Assembly: GCA_951406725.2 (NCBI GenBank)
Contig: OX597830.1
Coordinates: 69,564,001 to 69,628,000 of the forward strand
DNA length: 64,000 nucleotides
Direction: 5' to 3'
Source: Octopus vulgaris
Lineage: Eukaryota
This document shows positions 26,419-40,344 of the stretch, in pieces. The position numbers and the translations under genes were made by a program. Under the pieces are notes generated by a model. The model saw only the letters and a program-made list of their open reading frames with translations, searched no databases and was not told where the DNA came from. Within the stretch, counting starts at the first letter, position 1. Every line of letters begins with the position of its first letter.

Positions 26419-26556
26419 TTATTCAGTTTTTTTCATAATTTTTTCTTGATGAATGTTTTCTTTTTGAATTAAATATAAACCTGATATGATGCACATAAAA
26501 CCTGCAAACCATTGCAAATTCAAATGTTCAGAGAAAATTATCCACCCCAAGATGGC
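26419..26556 (-). CDS. TMEM42: Transmembrane protein 42-like, last coding exon
   Basis: Acceptor ttctttcag, phase 0. AILGWIIFSEHLNLQWFAGFMCIISGLYLIQ...* parallels human [31 protein letters not shown]. Confidence 0.85.
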   Translation of the reverse strand, partial: AILGWIIFSEHLNLQWFAGFMCIISGLYLIQKENIHQEKIMKKTE

Positions 26557-28037
26557 CTGAAAGAAAGAAAAAAAATAGAGAGAGAATGTTATTGAATGAA
26601 GGAGGAAAAGAGAGATAGAGAGAGAGAAAGATTTGTGGTTCATATGTGAAACTAAATAAACTATTTTATCGAAATATTTTCTTTTTGCTTTGTTTTTACA
26701 ACAAATGGGACAGCTGATGCCAGTTTTCACAGAATTAAGGGTTTAAGGGATATCCCTTACCTTGATCACTGCATACAACACCAATCTATTGTAGGTTTTA
26801 CAAATCAATGAAAGAAACCTCTGCAGTTCAACTTTGTAGAAATGGCAGCTAAATCACACTCAACTCTCTTATAAAACAGAAAGGGCACATTTAAATCGGG
26901 TTGTTTAGATACACTATCTCTGAATAAAAGATGGAAGGGTCCCAATATGAATTATCTTTATTTATAGCTTCAGATGCTGGGCCTCACTGAGGAAATGATA
27001 AGGGACCAGGAGTTGTGGCAATTTGCTGTACTTGAGAAGGTGTGTCATGCTAAGTAAAACCGCTGCCGTCCGTACATGCAGGCTTGTCCTTTACAGGTGC
27101 CACTGCCACATAAAATGCACGTGTGCCAGTGCTGTGCAAATGCATCTGTGCCAGTGGCACATGAAAAGCACCTAGCACATTCAGTAAAGTGGTCGGTGTT
27201 GGGAAGGGTATCCAGTTGTAGAAACCATGTCAGAAGAGACAACTGGAGTCTGGCTAGCTCCTGTCAAACTGTCCAACCCATGCCAGCATGGAAAATGGAC
27301 ATTAAACAATGATGATGATGATGATGATAGCTCTACTTGACCAGAGCTGACCTGGATCTAAACAGTAACTATACATTTTGTTCATGGAAGGATTTAAGTT
27401 CAGTAATAAAAGCTAATGAAACACTAATCAACTATCATTTTCTATTAGTGCAATAGTAGAGAAAGAAAGACGAAGATAGTCTAGAATCCTTTCCAGATGC
27501 TTTAAAGAAAGAAAGACATAGAGACATAGTCCAGGACTTTTTATAGACTTTCAAGTAATATAGAATAAGGACATGGAGGCGCGTGGCTTAGTGGTTAGGG
27601 TGTCGGCATCATCATCGTAAGATTGTGGTTTCGATTCTTGGACCGGGTGACACATTGTGTTCTTGAGCAAAACACTTCATTTCACGTTCCTCCAGTCCAC
27701 TCAGCTGGCAAAAATGAGTAACGCTGTGATGGACTGGTGTCCCATCCAGCTGGGGAACACATACGCCATTGAAACCAGGAAACCGGGCCCATGAGCCTGG
27801 CTAGGCTTTAAAAATAGAGGCGCATTTATTTTTTTTAGAATAAGGACACAGAAGTGTGATTAATCTATTCATCCAGAATGAGATTACTGTTGGGTGCTAC
27901 TGCTTAGACACTGATGAATTGGCATGGGTGATTGGACAATCAGGCTGTTTTGGGAGGGTAAAGTACTTTTTGGTTCTAGAGGTAAACACACATTCACACA
28001 GATGTGCATGCAGAAATACACACACATACACAGAAAG

Positions 28038-28068
<31 letters not shown>

Positions 28069-28446
28069 AGAAGATTGTTGAACACAGTGCCAAGCCCAGC
28101 CTGGGAATTGAATTCACAACCTCATGATTGTGAGCCTGACACTCTAACCACTGAGCCAGGCACCAGAAGGCAGGAACTTTCCAGGTGCAATCCCATAGTC
28201 ATTCATGACCGAAGGGGGTCTCCAAAGGGGTAATTAAAAGTATTTCATATCTTTCAGTACAAAACATACAGGAAAAAATATGCTGTTTGTAGACCAAGGT
28301 ACATAATTCTTGATTTGGATATTTCATTATGATTTTATTATATAAGGTAACTAAATCAATTTGTTATAGTGATCAAAGACATCAGGTTTGTATTACACAG
28401 CAGTTATATTCGCAAAATAAAGTTTGCAGTGCCATTAGAAGAGAAG

Positions 28447-28479
28447 TTTAACATTTCAGCCCAAGGCCTTCATCAGAAA
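28447..28479 (-). ncRNA. Minimal type I hammerhead motif in TMEM42 intron 2 (sense)
   Basis: Minus strand reads TTT-CTGATGA-A-GGCC ttg GGCT-GAAA-TG-TT-AAA. Same layout as 1413-1447. Confidence 0.55.
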
Positions 28480-28800
28480 AATTGGTCTTGCTTGAAACAG
28501 TGAATTCTCCTCTTCTCATACTACACACACACACACATGCGCACACACACACACACACGCACACGCACACACACACACAAACAGCTTCCATTTTAAGAAC
28601 TTAAGTGAACTAAATCTCACAAATACATTTAGCTTCCACAAACTGAAGCTTGTTTTTACCTTTTACAGTGTTGAATGAAAGTAACAAATCATAAAAGCAA
28701 TAACAGAAATTTATATCAGTTTATTAGAAAAGCCGTCTAAAATTACTCAAAAACTCTAATCAATAAAGGAAAAAAAAAACAAATTTAAAACTAGACTCAC

Positions 28801-28950
28801 AGAAAAGAGAAAGCTAGATGCTGTATTTGTGGCCGAGGCTTCAACCGTTGAAGAGAAATACTGAAGGGCCTTGGTGAAAGTTGTCCACATTAAAACATTA
28901 AACAGAATGACAAACCCGACACAAATTGCCCATAACACATTCGTCAAAGC
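28801..28950 (-). CDS. TMEM42: Transmembrane protein 42-like, coding exon 2
   Basis: ttttccag / gtgagt boundaries, 150 nt, phase 0-0. NVLMWTTFTKALQYFSSTVEASATNTASSFLFS parallels human [33 protein letters not shown]. Confidence 0.88.
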
Positions 28951-29339
28951 CTGGAAAACACAAAAGACATTAATATTAACCCACCAGCATTCAGATTGCT
29001 CTGTCAAATGTATTGCTTATTTATTCACATTGTAAAACATGTAAAAAGCACTGAATCCACTCTGCAGAGTGGTTGGTGTTGGGAAGGGCATCCAGCAGTA
29101 AAAAACCCTGCCAAAAACAGACACAGTAGCTTGGGGTAATCTTCTACCCGGCCAGTTCCTGTCAACCATCCTACCCATGCATGCATAAAAGACAAACGTT
29201 AAACAATGAAGATGATATCTTGTAGCTCCAAGACTTCAATGATGTGTTTATTTTTAGAATGACATTGGATGGTAGGTGTGAGATGTTGGATCTGGTCAGC
29301 TTAATATTTTAGCTGTTTTATATTTATTTCTTTATAAAT

Positions 29340-29819
29340 AATAATAATGAAATTATTGTATACAGTGCTCAGGTGCACCACAACTTGTCAGAAAGTGCAT
29401 ATAAAGTACATGCAGTAATGTAAAAATGTTTGGAAAGCGAACAATGTATGAGTCAGATACATGCCTGTGTGTGTATGGAGGGGAGAAAATCAGGTGTAGT
29501 GTTGGCGAATCTCAGAAAGCATGGAAGTTTTGAAGGATGCAGTGCTCCGACAACTAACAACTGATGCCAGCAGTTTGTTCCATGCTTCAGCAACTCTTAG
29601 CGTGAAAAAATGTTTCCTGAAGTCATGGGAGCTGTGCTGTTTTCTGACTTTGTAAATATGTCCACGGGTGTTAGATGGGTGGAGTTTGAAAAGGTGCTCA
29701 GAGTTATTGTTTGTACGATGGTTGATAATTTTATGGGTGTCTGCCAGGTCAGCTGCCAGACGTCGGAGTTTCAATGTGTCCATGCCCAGGGAAGTAAGGC
29801 GTTCAGGATATGGCAAATG
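29340..29819 (-). mobile_element. CR1-type LINE 3' fragment
   Basis: LPYPERLTSLGMDTLKLRR..DL..THKII...TRGH.YK.......RKHFFTLRVAEAWNKL with an (ATT)n tail. Confidence 0.85.
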
Positions 29820-31000
29820 CAGAGGGGACAAACAAGGACAGACAATCGACTTAATCCGTTTGTCTGTCCTTGTTTGTCCCCTCTGTGTTTAGCCCCCTGT
29901 GGGCAATAAAGAAATAAATATAAAACAGCTAAAATATTTGGGCTGGATTACATGCTAAAGGGCTAAAGACATAGAAATGAAAAGTTATGTGTTCAGGTTT
30001 TCATTTGTTACATTTTTTTTCTCTTTTTCAGTATCTAATTGTCCATGCTTGCATGGGTCAGATGGGATTTATTGAGTCAGAGCTTTCTATGGCTATGACG
30101 TATTATAGTATGTCATAGTGTGTTGCAGTGTATCATGGTGTACAGGGTCATGTCATAAGTCTTGTAGTGGGTCATGCTATGACGTAATGTTTTGTGATGT
30201 GTTGTCATGCGTCACAAATGTGTATGTGTGTGTTTTGTTGTTATTGATTTGATCCCAGTTTTCCTGAGCCTGCAGAATAAGATAATAAAATTTTAGAGGA
30301 AACTGATTTAACTGTCAGATGTCCCACTAAAGAAAAATTTCACAACTGTTAAGTTCAAGAAGATATTGATATTTTTTCTTCATTTAATCAAACTAAAACC
30401 AGGAGAGTTACTGTATAATATATTAATACTAGCTGGCCCCTTGCCGTCAAAAATGACGGTTAATTGTAGCATTTTATATATAAATATGGATGGTAAATCA
30501 AATTAATACACTTGTCAATGTTCACGTACATTCACATACTTCCTTTGTACATGCACACACACTTCATCTCTTTTGGGATAATGTTAAACATATATATTAT
30601 ATAGGGGAGGCCAGTATGCATGGGCGACTGCTGGTCTTCCATAAACAACCTTGCCCAGACATGTGCTTCGGAGGCTAACTTTCTAGGTGCAATCCCATGG
30701 TCATTCATGACTGAAGGGGGTCGCAACAATATATATATATAAATTAGAAATAAAACAACTATTGTACTCCCCATTATTATTATTATTATATATATACTCT
30801 TTTACTTGTTTCAGTCATTTGACTGCGGCCATGCTGGAGCACCGCCTTTAATCGAGCAACTCGACCCCGGGACTTATTCTTTTTGTAAGCCCAGTACTTA
30901 TTCTATCGGTCTCTTTTTGCCGAACCGCTAAGTGACGGGGACGTAAACACACCAGCATCGGTTGTCAAGCAATGCTAGGGGGACAAACACAGACACACAA

Positions 31001-31069
<69 letters not shown>

Positions 31070-31557
31070 CATATTAACACGCGTGTGTGCGTGCGTACGT
31101 GTCATTGTCTATTCCTAAACTATATGAGGAAACGTCTGCAGTTATTTGTTTGTCCTCGGCTTTTTTTTTTTCGTTAAGCTCTACGTCATGGAATTTGCAA
31201 AAGTTCACGTTTCATGAAGAAAACTGAAGATCAAAACAAGACTGTGAGTGCTGCGATCCGAAGTCGAGAGATAAAGCGGGTATATGTAAATTGAGGAAAA
31301 CTTATTTGGACGCCAACGTTATTAGTTTTATCCATTGTTCAAACATAAAACTTAGCCAGAGAAGGAAATGCAGAATTTTGCGACATAGAGTTACCTCCCC
31401 TACACATGCAAACCGTGATAACGATAATCTTAGGTGGGAAGCGAGTCTCTATCCCGTGTATTAACTCGGTGGTAAATATATTAGGGAATAAGGCCGCGAC
31501 CTGGCAGAATCGTTATCACGCCAAGTAAAATGCTTGGTGGCATTTCGCCCGTATTTT

Positions 31558-31793
31558 AAGGCGGCGAGCTGGCAGAAACGTTAGCACGCCGGGCGAAATG
31601 CGTAGCCGTATTTCGTCTGCCGTTACGTTCTGGGTTCAAATTCCGCCGAGGTCGACTTTGCCTTTCATCCTTTCGGGGTCGATAAATTAAGTACCAGTTA
31701 CACACACTGGGGTCGATATAATCGACTTAATCCGTCTGTCTGTCCTTGTTTGTCTCCTCTGTGTTTAGCCCCTTGTGAGTAATAAAGAAATAG
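31558..31793 (+). mobile_element. tRNA-derived SINE family B (Meta-domain-like core)
   Basis: ggcgagctggcagaa head, gggttcaaattcc B box, core gcctttcatcctttcggggtcgataaattaagtacc. Other copies at about 171-268, 23190-23420, 33340-33510, 56622-56838, 62381-62610 (-) and 63500-63910 (-). Confidence 0.82.
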
Positions 31794-34748
31794 GGAAATA
31801 TAATAGGGAATATGAGTCGGTGAGGATGATTTTTACGTTGTCGTTCGATCTGTTAAAAATCAAAATCAAACCTCCCGTGAACCACATGCTACCGTATTTT
31901 GAATGTGAGAAAGGCGGTGGAATTCTGGTTTAAGTACTCCCTATCTCCCCACGTAACTTTTATTTGTGTTCTGTACACATACAATAATGCAAAAAAAAAA
32001 ATTAAACTCCCCACCTAAATATCAAAATTTCCACTTTATGCATCCATGCTCACAAAATATAGTAATTTTTTAAAAAGCGAATTAATAAACAAGGTAGATT
32101 GCTGAAAGTGATATATTTACAGAATAGAGATTATCACCTGGAGGTTAGATTTAGAAAAAGCCTGTTTAAATTTTATAGAAATGGTGGTAAAATTAACACT
32201 TTTAATAGAGAAAAAAAACCCAATGAACCATAACTCAAATTACTACTCCACAACATTTTAAATGTAAAATTGTTTGATAATTTGTTGGTATTATTTTAGG
32301 TATACTTTTTCTTTAAATGAAGAAGAATCCGTGTTTAATATAATGATGGTTGAGCTGCTGTGATTTGTCGCATCAATACATATTTCTCTAACAGAACTTC
32401 AACAAATGCAAAGTTATTTCCCTTGAGCTCAACACATCTGCTATGAGAGATACAGTCGCTCCTCCAGCCTCCGAATTTCTTATCGGACTATTCTGTCATG
32501 TATGTGTCTCCACAAAACCCTCTCCAATCCATATTTCATCAACTCTTGTGTATTTTCGAGTTGGATTTTATTTTTATCTCTGTTTTTTTTTTTCATCCTT
32601 CTGTACATATAAATAACTTCAGTCACTTTCAACTGCACACACACACACAATATATATAAATAGCTCACTTTACTCCACAGTGCCCTTTATAAATAGAGAT
32701 TTTTTAAATATTTCCCAAGTGATGACAACTTTCTCTCATTCAGCATTACCAATATACAGTTATGATAGATATCTAGGAAAAATGCATTTGACAATATACT
32801 ATTTGTACTCATAAACAACACAGAGCTGAAAAAAACCCCCAAAAAATCTTCAAATTAGTAAATGATTGGTCTCACAGTCTCCCATAATGTTTGATGATGG
32901 CTGCACATCATTAATAATAATTAATACTATAACTTAAATTGTATCCAAAACACTACGTTTTTCCTTTAGGATCAGAAAATACTTCATCCTTAACCCATTA
33001 AGTGCTGGAATTTGCACTCACCTAGCATCGACTGTTGAGCACATTTTATGAAAATGAGAATGCCATGCACACATAAAAAACAAAAAAATAGTTAAAATAT
33101 CTTCTTAGAATATAATGGTGCCAAGTTTTACATCATCTGAAAAGTCATTAGCTGAACTATTAGTCCTCTTGCATTCTGAGGGGTATCAGTGTTTGAGTGA
33201 CATTAGACACCAACAAACGTCCGTAAATTAAATGCATCTGGGCCACGATCGTGGCCTGTCGACCTGTTGGGGAATAAAAATTCCGGCATCACAGGGGTTC
33301 AAATTATTCTCAATGAGGAAATATATATTCTTAGTTGCTTAGCAGCATTTCGTCCGTCTTATCTTTCTGAGTTCAAATTCCACCGAGGTCGACTTTGCCT
33401 TTTGTCCTTTCAGGGTCGAAATAAATAAGTACCAGTTGAGTACTGAGGTCGATGTATTCAACTTACTCCATCCTCGAAATTGCTGGCCTTGTGCCAAAAT
33501 TCGAAACGAATATTCATTCCTAGTATGCCACAGTACGTGTCCTTCGCCCAAACTCGAGCAACAAGCCTGTGTGTCATTGTCTCGAGACGGACGGCATGGG
33601 GGCCTGGAAGCGAAGGAGTATCAATTTGGAACTACGTAATCGAATGTGCTTCTTTTAAAGATAGTTCTATGTAATTTGCCAATATCATCAGATTGTAAGT
33701 TCACAGACTGTCTCCTTCTTCGAAAGTATGTACTTCCTCCCATCACAGAAATAATGCCGAGTTCAACATTATAAACTCCACCCAGCCGCCAATATTCCTT
33801 CTACTTTAACACTATTGATGATTTCGTACTGAGGACTTGACTAGAAAAAGCAGCTAGATTACCTTGAAACTACACTACCATCCAACGTGGTTACCTGATC
33901 TCTTTGAAAAAAAAAAAAGAAGAAAAAGCCAGGCATGGTTATGTGGTAAGAAACTTGCTTTTCAACCACAAAGTGCCTTGGGCAAATGTCTTCTACTATA
34001 GCCTCAGACCGACCAAAGCCTTGTGAGCGGATTTGGAAGTCAGAAACTGAAAGAAGCCCGTCATATGTATTTGTGTATATATATATATATATCTGAGATC
34101 CTATATCTGTGTTTGTCCTCCGTCACCGCTTAACAACCGAAAGTATAAAGTGATGAAACAACAGAATAAATTGTATGCTGCAAGGAGGAAAATAATTTCA
34201 TTTTCTAAATGTATTTTAGTGAACATTGACTCGACTTCTCAAGTTGTTTGGCCCTAGACGAGCTCTGAGAAGCAGCAAACACAAACCAATCATCATTCGT
34301 GACGTACTCGTTTTTTTGGGGGGTTTTTTCTGTGTACAAATATAATTCCTCGAGCTTATCTTCGTTTCCAAGGCACCATGAAAATGAAAATATTTACTAT
34401 GTCAAAAATAGGTCTTGCCAGCCAATAAAATGAAAGATTTTTCTTTCTTTTTTTACAAAATAGTTAAATAACGGAAGTAAAACAGTAGAGTGACCGCTAA
34501 AATGCTAGTGTGACGTTCTTATTACTAAAGCTGGATCCACCAAATATTCAAGTTAGATTCCTAATTAATGTGTGCAAAGCATGGCTATTAACTACCCAAG
34601 AGCATCGAATGTCGAGAGAGAATGGTCAACAGTAAATGCTACTTCTGACAAGGTAAATGCTTTCATTTATTCGAGTCAGTGTCGTCTTCCCAGCATTATA
34701 CGCCCCAGGGACGAAGCAATGCATTGGAGCCTTTAATATTTATTCTTA

Positions 34749-35107
34749 GTAGGGCGACGAGCTGGCAGAATCGTTAGGATGTCGGGCGAAATGCTTAGCA
34801 GTATTTCGTCTGCCGCTACGGTCTGAGTTCAAATTCCGCCGAGGTCGACTTTACCTTTCATCCTTTCGCGGTCGATAAATTAAGTACCGGTTACGCACTG
34901 GGGTCGATATAATCGACTTAATTCGTTTGTCCCCTCTGTGAGTAGCCCCTTGTGGGCAGTAAAGAAATAGGTATTTCGTCTGCCGTAACGTTCTGAGTTC
35001 AATTTCCGCCGAGGTCGACTTTGTCTTTCATCCTTTCGTACCAGTAACGCAATGGGTCGACGTAATCGACTTAATCCCTCTGTCTGTCCCCTCTATGTTT
35101 AGCCCCC
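34749..35107 (+). mobile_element. Tandem (dimeric) SINE family B insertion
   Basis: Flanked by a 15-bp TSD taatatttattctta (34734-34748 and 35108-35122). Confidence 0.8.
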
Positions 35108-35670
35108 TAATATTTATTCTTATTTGCTTAGCAGCATTTCGCCCGTCTTAACTTTCTGAGTTGTGGTAAGAAACTTGCTTTTCAACCACATGGTACCTTG
35201 GGCAAGTGTCTTCTACTATTGCCTCAGACCGACCAAAGCCTTGTGAGTGGATCTGGAAGTCAGAAACTGAAAGAAGCCCGTCGTGTATATGTATATATCT
35301 ATGTGTGTCTGTCCCCCGTCACCGCTTGACAACCGGTGTTGGTATGTTTACGTCTCTGTATCTTAGCGGTTCGGCAATAGAGACAGATAGAATAAGTACT
35401 ACAGAAAAAATCCTGGGGTCGATTTCTTTAACCGCAGGGATGATTATAAATAAAATGCATTTAATCATAGGTCGGCTTGATCAAAGTTGACCTGGAGTTT
35501 AAGTCTGAGATACATACATACATACATATATATATATATACACACACACATATGTATATATACATATATATATATATACACACACACACATATGTATATA
35601 TACATATATATATATACACACACACATATGTATATATACATATATATATATACACACACATACACACATA

Positions 35671-35755
<85 letters not shown>

Positions 35756-35776
35756 ACATATATGTATATATATATG

Positions 35777-36277
35777 AACCAGCCAGGATCCCTGGTCTGG
35801 TGGTACGTAAAAAGCACTATCCGACTCGTGGCCGTGGCACGTAAAATACTCCAATGCGACCGTACGACAGGCACCCTTGCCAACCCCCTTTGCTTGTGAA
35901 GACATGTTGGGGCAAGCGAAATCGAAATCGAATTGAACCAGCCAGGATCCCTGGTCTGGTGGTATGTAAAAAGCACTATCCGACTCGTGGCCGATGCCAG
36001 CACCGCCTCGACTGGCTTCCGTGCCGGTGGCACATAAAATACACCAATCTGACCGTGGCCGTTGCCAGCCCCGCCTGGCACCTGTGCAGGTGGCACGTAA
36101 AAAGCACCCACTACACTCACGGAGTGGTTGGCGTTAGGAAGGGCATCCAGCTGTAGAAACATTGCCAGATTAGACTGGAGCCTGGTGCAGCCTTCTGGCT
36201 TCCCAGAACCCCGGTGGAACCGTCCAACCCATGCTAGCATGTAGAACGGACGTTAAACGACGATGATGATGATGATG
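35777..36277 (+). mobile_element. RTE 3' UTR copy with internal duplication
   Basis: gaaccagccaggatccctggtctggtgg block present twice, then the standard units and (GAT)n tail. Confidence 0.8.
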
Positions 36278-37146
<869 letters not shown>

Positions 37147-37272
37147 CAGGATGTCATAGTTGAAATTTGAAAACTCTTTCATCACCGGTCTGTTTTGCTG
37201 AATCACATGGCTCAAGTAACCAAGGGTTCAACAACAACAACAACAACAACAAATTAGAAAAGGTAAGCTTAC

Positions 37273-37470
37273 TTCAGAGCAGATAATCGATTGAAATAAT
37301 GCGATGCTGCTGGAAGATGAGACTAATTGACAGAACTGTTGTACGATGTCGGTATTAAATACAAGTTTGGCCGATGTCGATGCTAATGCCGCGAAGAGAC
37401 CAGAAAAAACTGCCAAAAATGCTATAATATGATCACTTCCTTCCAGTTCTTCATTTTAATCTGTTGACAT
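37273..37470 (-). CDS. TMEM42: Transmembrane protein 42-like, first coding exon (start uncertain; in-frame TAA at 37456-37458)
   Basis: SGLFAALASTSAKLVF parallels human AGAFGALAAASAKLAF. Phase-0 donor GAA|gtaagc. The only in-frame ATG (37470) is followed by TAA at codon 5. Confidence 0.75.
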
Positions 37471-37947
37471 GTTTCCAATAAATCCTGATTTTTTTTTTTT
37501 TTTTTGTATTAAGATGAAAATACTTTGTTAGCTATATTACATAAAAATAACAACATGTAAAATATTATTAATAAAGAAGTAAAACAAAGTGTTGATAATA
37601 AGGAAACAAAATAAAATAAAATAAAATAATATCTGAAATTTGTTTTTTGTAATAGTTTATTGTAGAATCGAAACTGCGGCTTAGAATGATTCGTTCGCGT
37701 TTTTTCTTTCTCTCTTTGCAGTGAAGGGAAACTCACAAGCTGATTAGATAATTTTCTCAAATAATAAATATCTTCAAAATATTCAATCATTAGCCATAGA
37801 TATATTAACAAAATAAAATAATATAAAATGACGTGTTTTTAAATGTCAGGTAACGAACAAAATAAAATTGTTATAGCGAATCCTTCTTCTCATTATATAT
37901 ACGGTTTTCACCCATGCTTTGCAGATTCGCAGTGAAAGTAATCCACT
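37471..37947. promoter_or_regulatory. Putative bidirectional promoter and 5' UTRs between TMEM42 and EMC8/9
   Basis: Divergent starts 477 bp apart, no transposon recognised, locally more CpG, CRE-like tgacgtg at about 37829. Candidate 75-nt 5' UTR intron at 37850-37924 (cag|gtaacg ... tgctttgcag). Confidence 0.6.
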
Positions 37948-38154
37948 ATGGTGGACTATAATGTCAGTCTTCAGGCTTACTGTAAAATATTATCTCATGC
38001 AGCCAAGTATCCTCATAGTTCCGTCAACGGAGTTCTTCTCGCCGAGGATACTAAGGTGAAGGATTCCAATAAATGCCTGAAAATGGTGGACACTATCCCT
38101 TTGTTTCATGTCTGCTTAGGACTCACGCCGATGCTCGAATTCGCCCTGACGCTG
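37948..38154 (+). CDS. EMC8: ER membrane protein complex subunit 8/9, coding exon 1
   Basis: QAYCKILSHAAKYPHSSVNGVLLAE...VDTIPLFH...LTPMLEFALTL matches EMC8/9 (UPF0172). Donor gttcgt, phase 0. Confidence 0.93.
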
Positions 38155-40224
38155 GTTCGTATCCACATAACATCATATTTCCCTACCTTTTTCAATTATT
38201 CTTACTGTTTATTCTCTTTTGTCAGTATTCATCTTTCCCCCACTTAATCCCCTGGTTGTGAAATCTAAGGGATTAACTGACAGACTTAGATTACCGATTT
38301 TAATTTGGTTTCGAAACCGTAAAGCGACAAACTCGTGCTTGAAAGTTCCGAGGATTTAATTGGAAAAAAACCTTATTTCCCCCCCAAAAAAAAGATAAAA
38401 AGGAATTTTATTTCTAACAGTTGCTTATTTAAGAAAAACGCATTTAAGTAATTTATGTAGAAATCTCTATAATATATTAAAGTTTTGTAGCTGAAACTTG
38501 ATGTCTTCTAAGAAAGTATTGTATTATTAGAAAATGGTTATCTATATATGGTGTTCAATGAATGAGTCTGCTATTTGCATGTCATGCCTTCTTTTTTTTT
38601 CCCCTCCTCCACATAGGTATACAATTCTTACAGATACAGACTAGTCAAAGCGCAAGTGCAAATATCCTATTCGTTTTCTATTTCATTATTTGCTGGAAAA
38701 ATATAAATTTCAACTTATGTTGAAGATTTTAATTTTGATTCGTTCTATATTTGGATTTAACACCATTTCATTTCTATTTTATGAAAACGTTTCTTCAGTT
38801 GCTGTTGTTTAGCCCCCAAACCAGCCCTGATCGAGCAAACTTATTAGGGGAGTTCCAGTTGTGAGCATACCGTCTGGACTATGTCCTTCCCAAATTAAGG
38901 TGGTAGGGCGTGCTTTGATGGTGAACGGGTTATTATTTCATGCAGGCTGATCGGCCAGCCATTGGCTCGTTGGCTCGAGTGAAAACTCTTTAATTGTTGT
39001 TTAGAAATGATTGGGACTAAAATTTTATCAACGCCGCTCCCTTTTGTCTGTATGATTTTTGAGTAATTACTAAACGGATTAAGTTACACTTTAACGGTGC
39101 TAAGGTACTTAATTATTGAGGTAGGTTTCAATGTATTTCACATTGCAGGGGATAATAAGCAGATTAAATTAACTACAGAGCCAAGAGCAATAAGTAGATT
39201 GCATCCTGTAGATTATCAATGTAGCAGGCAGATTATTCGGAATGTTAAGGGTACCTGTACAACAGATTGCAGGAAACTGATGATCAAATATATTCTGTGG
39301 TTGGCAGTAATAACCAGTTGATTAATTAGGATCAAGTTAAAACCGTCTTTAACTCAGCAGTTTGAACCCTGTTTTAAGATATTACTGAGTTGTGCTCCCA
39401 CAATTCTCAGGATTTAGCATATTAAAAAAAAACACATTACATTTAATTAACTCTTTCATAACTGAGATACATTACCTGTGTCTCAATTAATTTTGAAAAT
39501 AATCAACTTGGCCATTTTTAAGTTGATAGTTGGAACATATGTAAAAAAAATGTATGCTTTCAAAACATGTTTTTATTGTTTTGTTTTATGGTGTCAGAAT
39601 TTAGTATAAAAAGAGATAACCATGGATTGAACATCTTTGATCAGTGGTTTGCCAAATCTCAACTCGGGCCTGACATGGGCTAAACAGCACTACCAACAAA
39701 GGAATAAGTCTGCTGTTAGAAGTGCAATACTAGGGAACCGAAACTCAAGCTGTTTCACACCCGAGATTTGAAACAGTTTTGAGTTGAATGAGCCGAGTAC
39801 AGTTTGATTTGGTATGGAATGCTAAAACTGTTAGAAAGACTAAGCCCAGTTGAACTATTATCAATGAGTATTGAAAACGTTTGCAGATGTTTTGCAAACT
39901 GGAGGTTGCACTGAGTTGAACAGGTGATGCAGATGGCATGAAATAAGTCAGCAGTTTGAAATTGCCATAAGAGAAGCAGCTAAGAACTTTACTGTAGAAC
40001 TGGCCCGAGACCGATAAGACCTGTGGAAGGCTGGTGTATTTCAAATCTGTCCAAACCACACCGGCATGGGAAAGCTGATAATAATAATAATAGTAATGAC
40101 AGTCATGACACCATCATCACTATCAACACTATTCACTAATTATTTTTGTTATTCTCTTATTAAAAATACTGTGGCTACTTTTATTTATTCTGCTGAACCT
40201 TCTGTTTTTGTTGTTGTTTTTCAG

Positions 40225-40301
40225 ATAGATATATATTGTAAAAGTAAAGGTTTGGTCATTGGTGGATATTACCAAGCCAATGAAAACTATTGCAATTCAA
40301 A
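40225..40301 (+). CDS. EMC8: EMC8/9 coding exon 2
   Basis: tttcag / gtaagt boundaries, 77 nt, IDIYCKSKGLVIGGYYQANE. Confidence 0.92.
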
Positions 40302-40344
40302 GTAAGTTGTTATGAATTTTATTACATTTTTAAAAAATTGTTTT

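Noticed and set aside
31558-31650. tRNA genes at SINE heads
   Set aside because: A and B boxes are present, but there is no full cloverleaf and they continue into SINE bodies.
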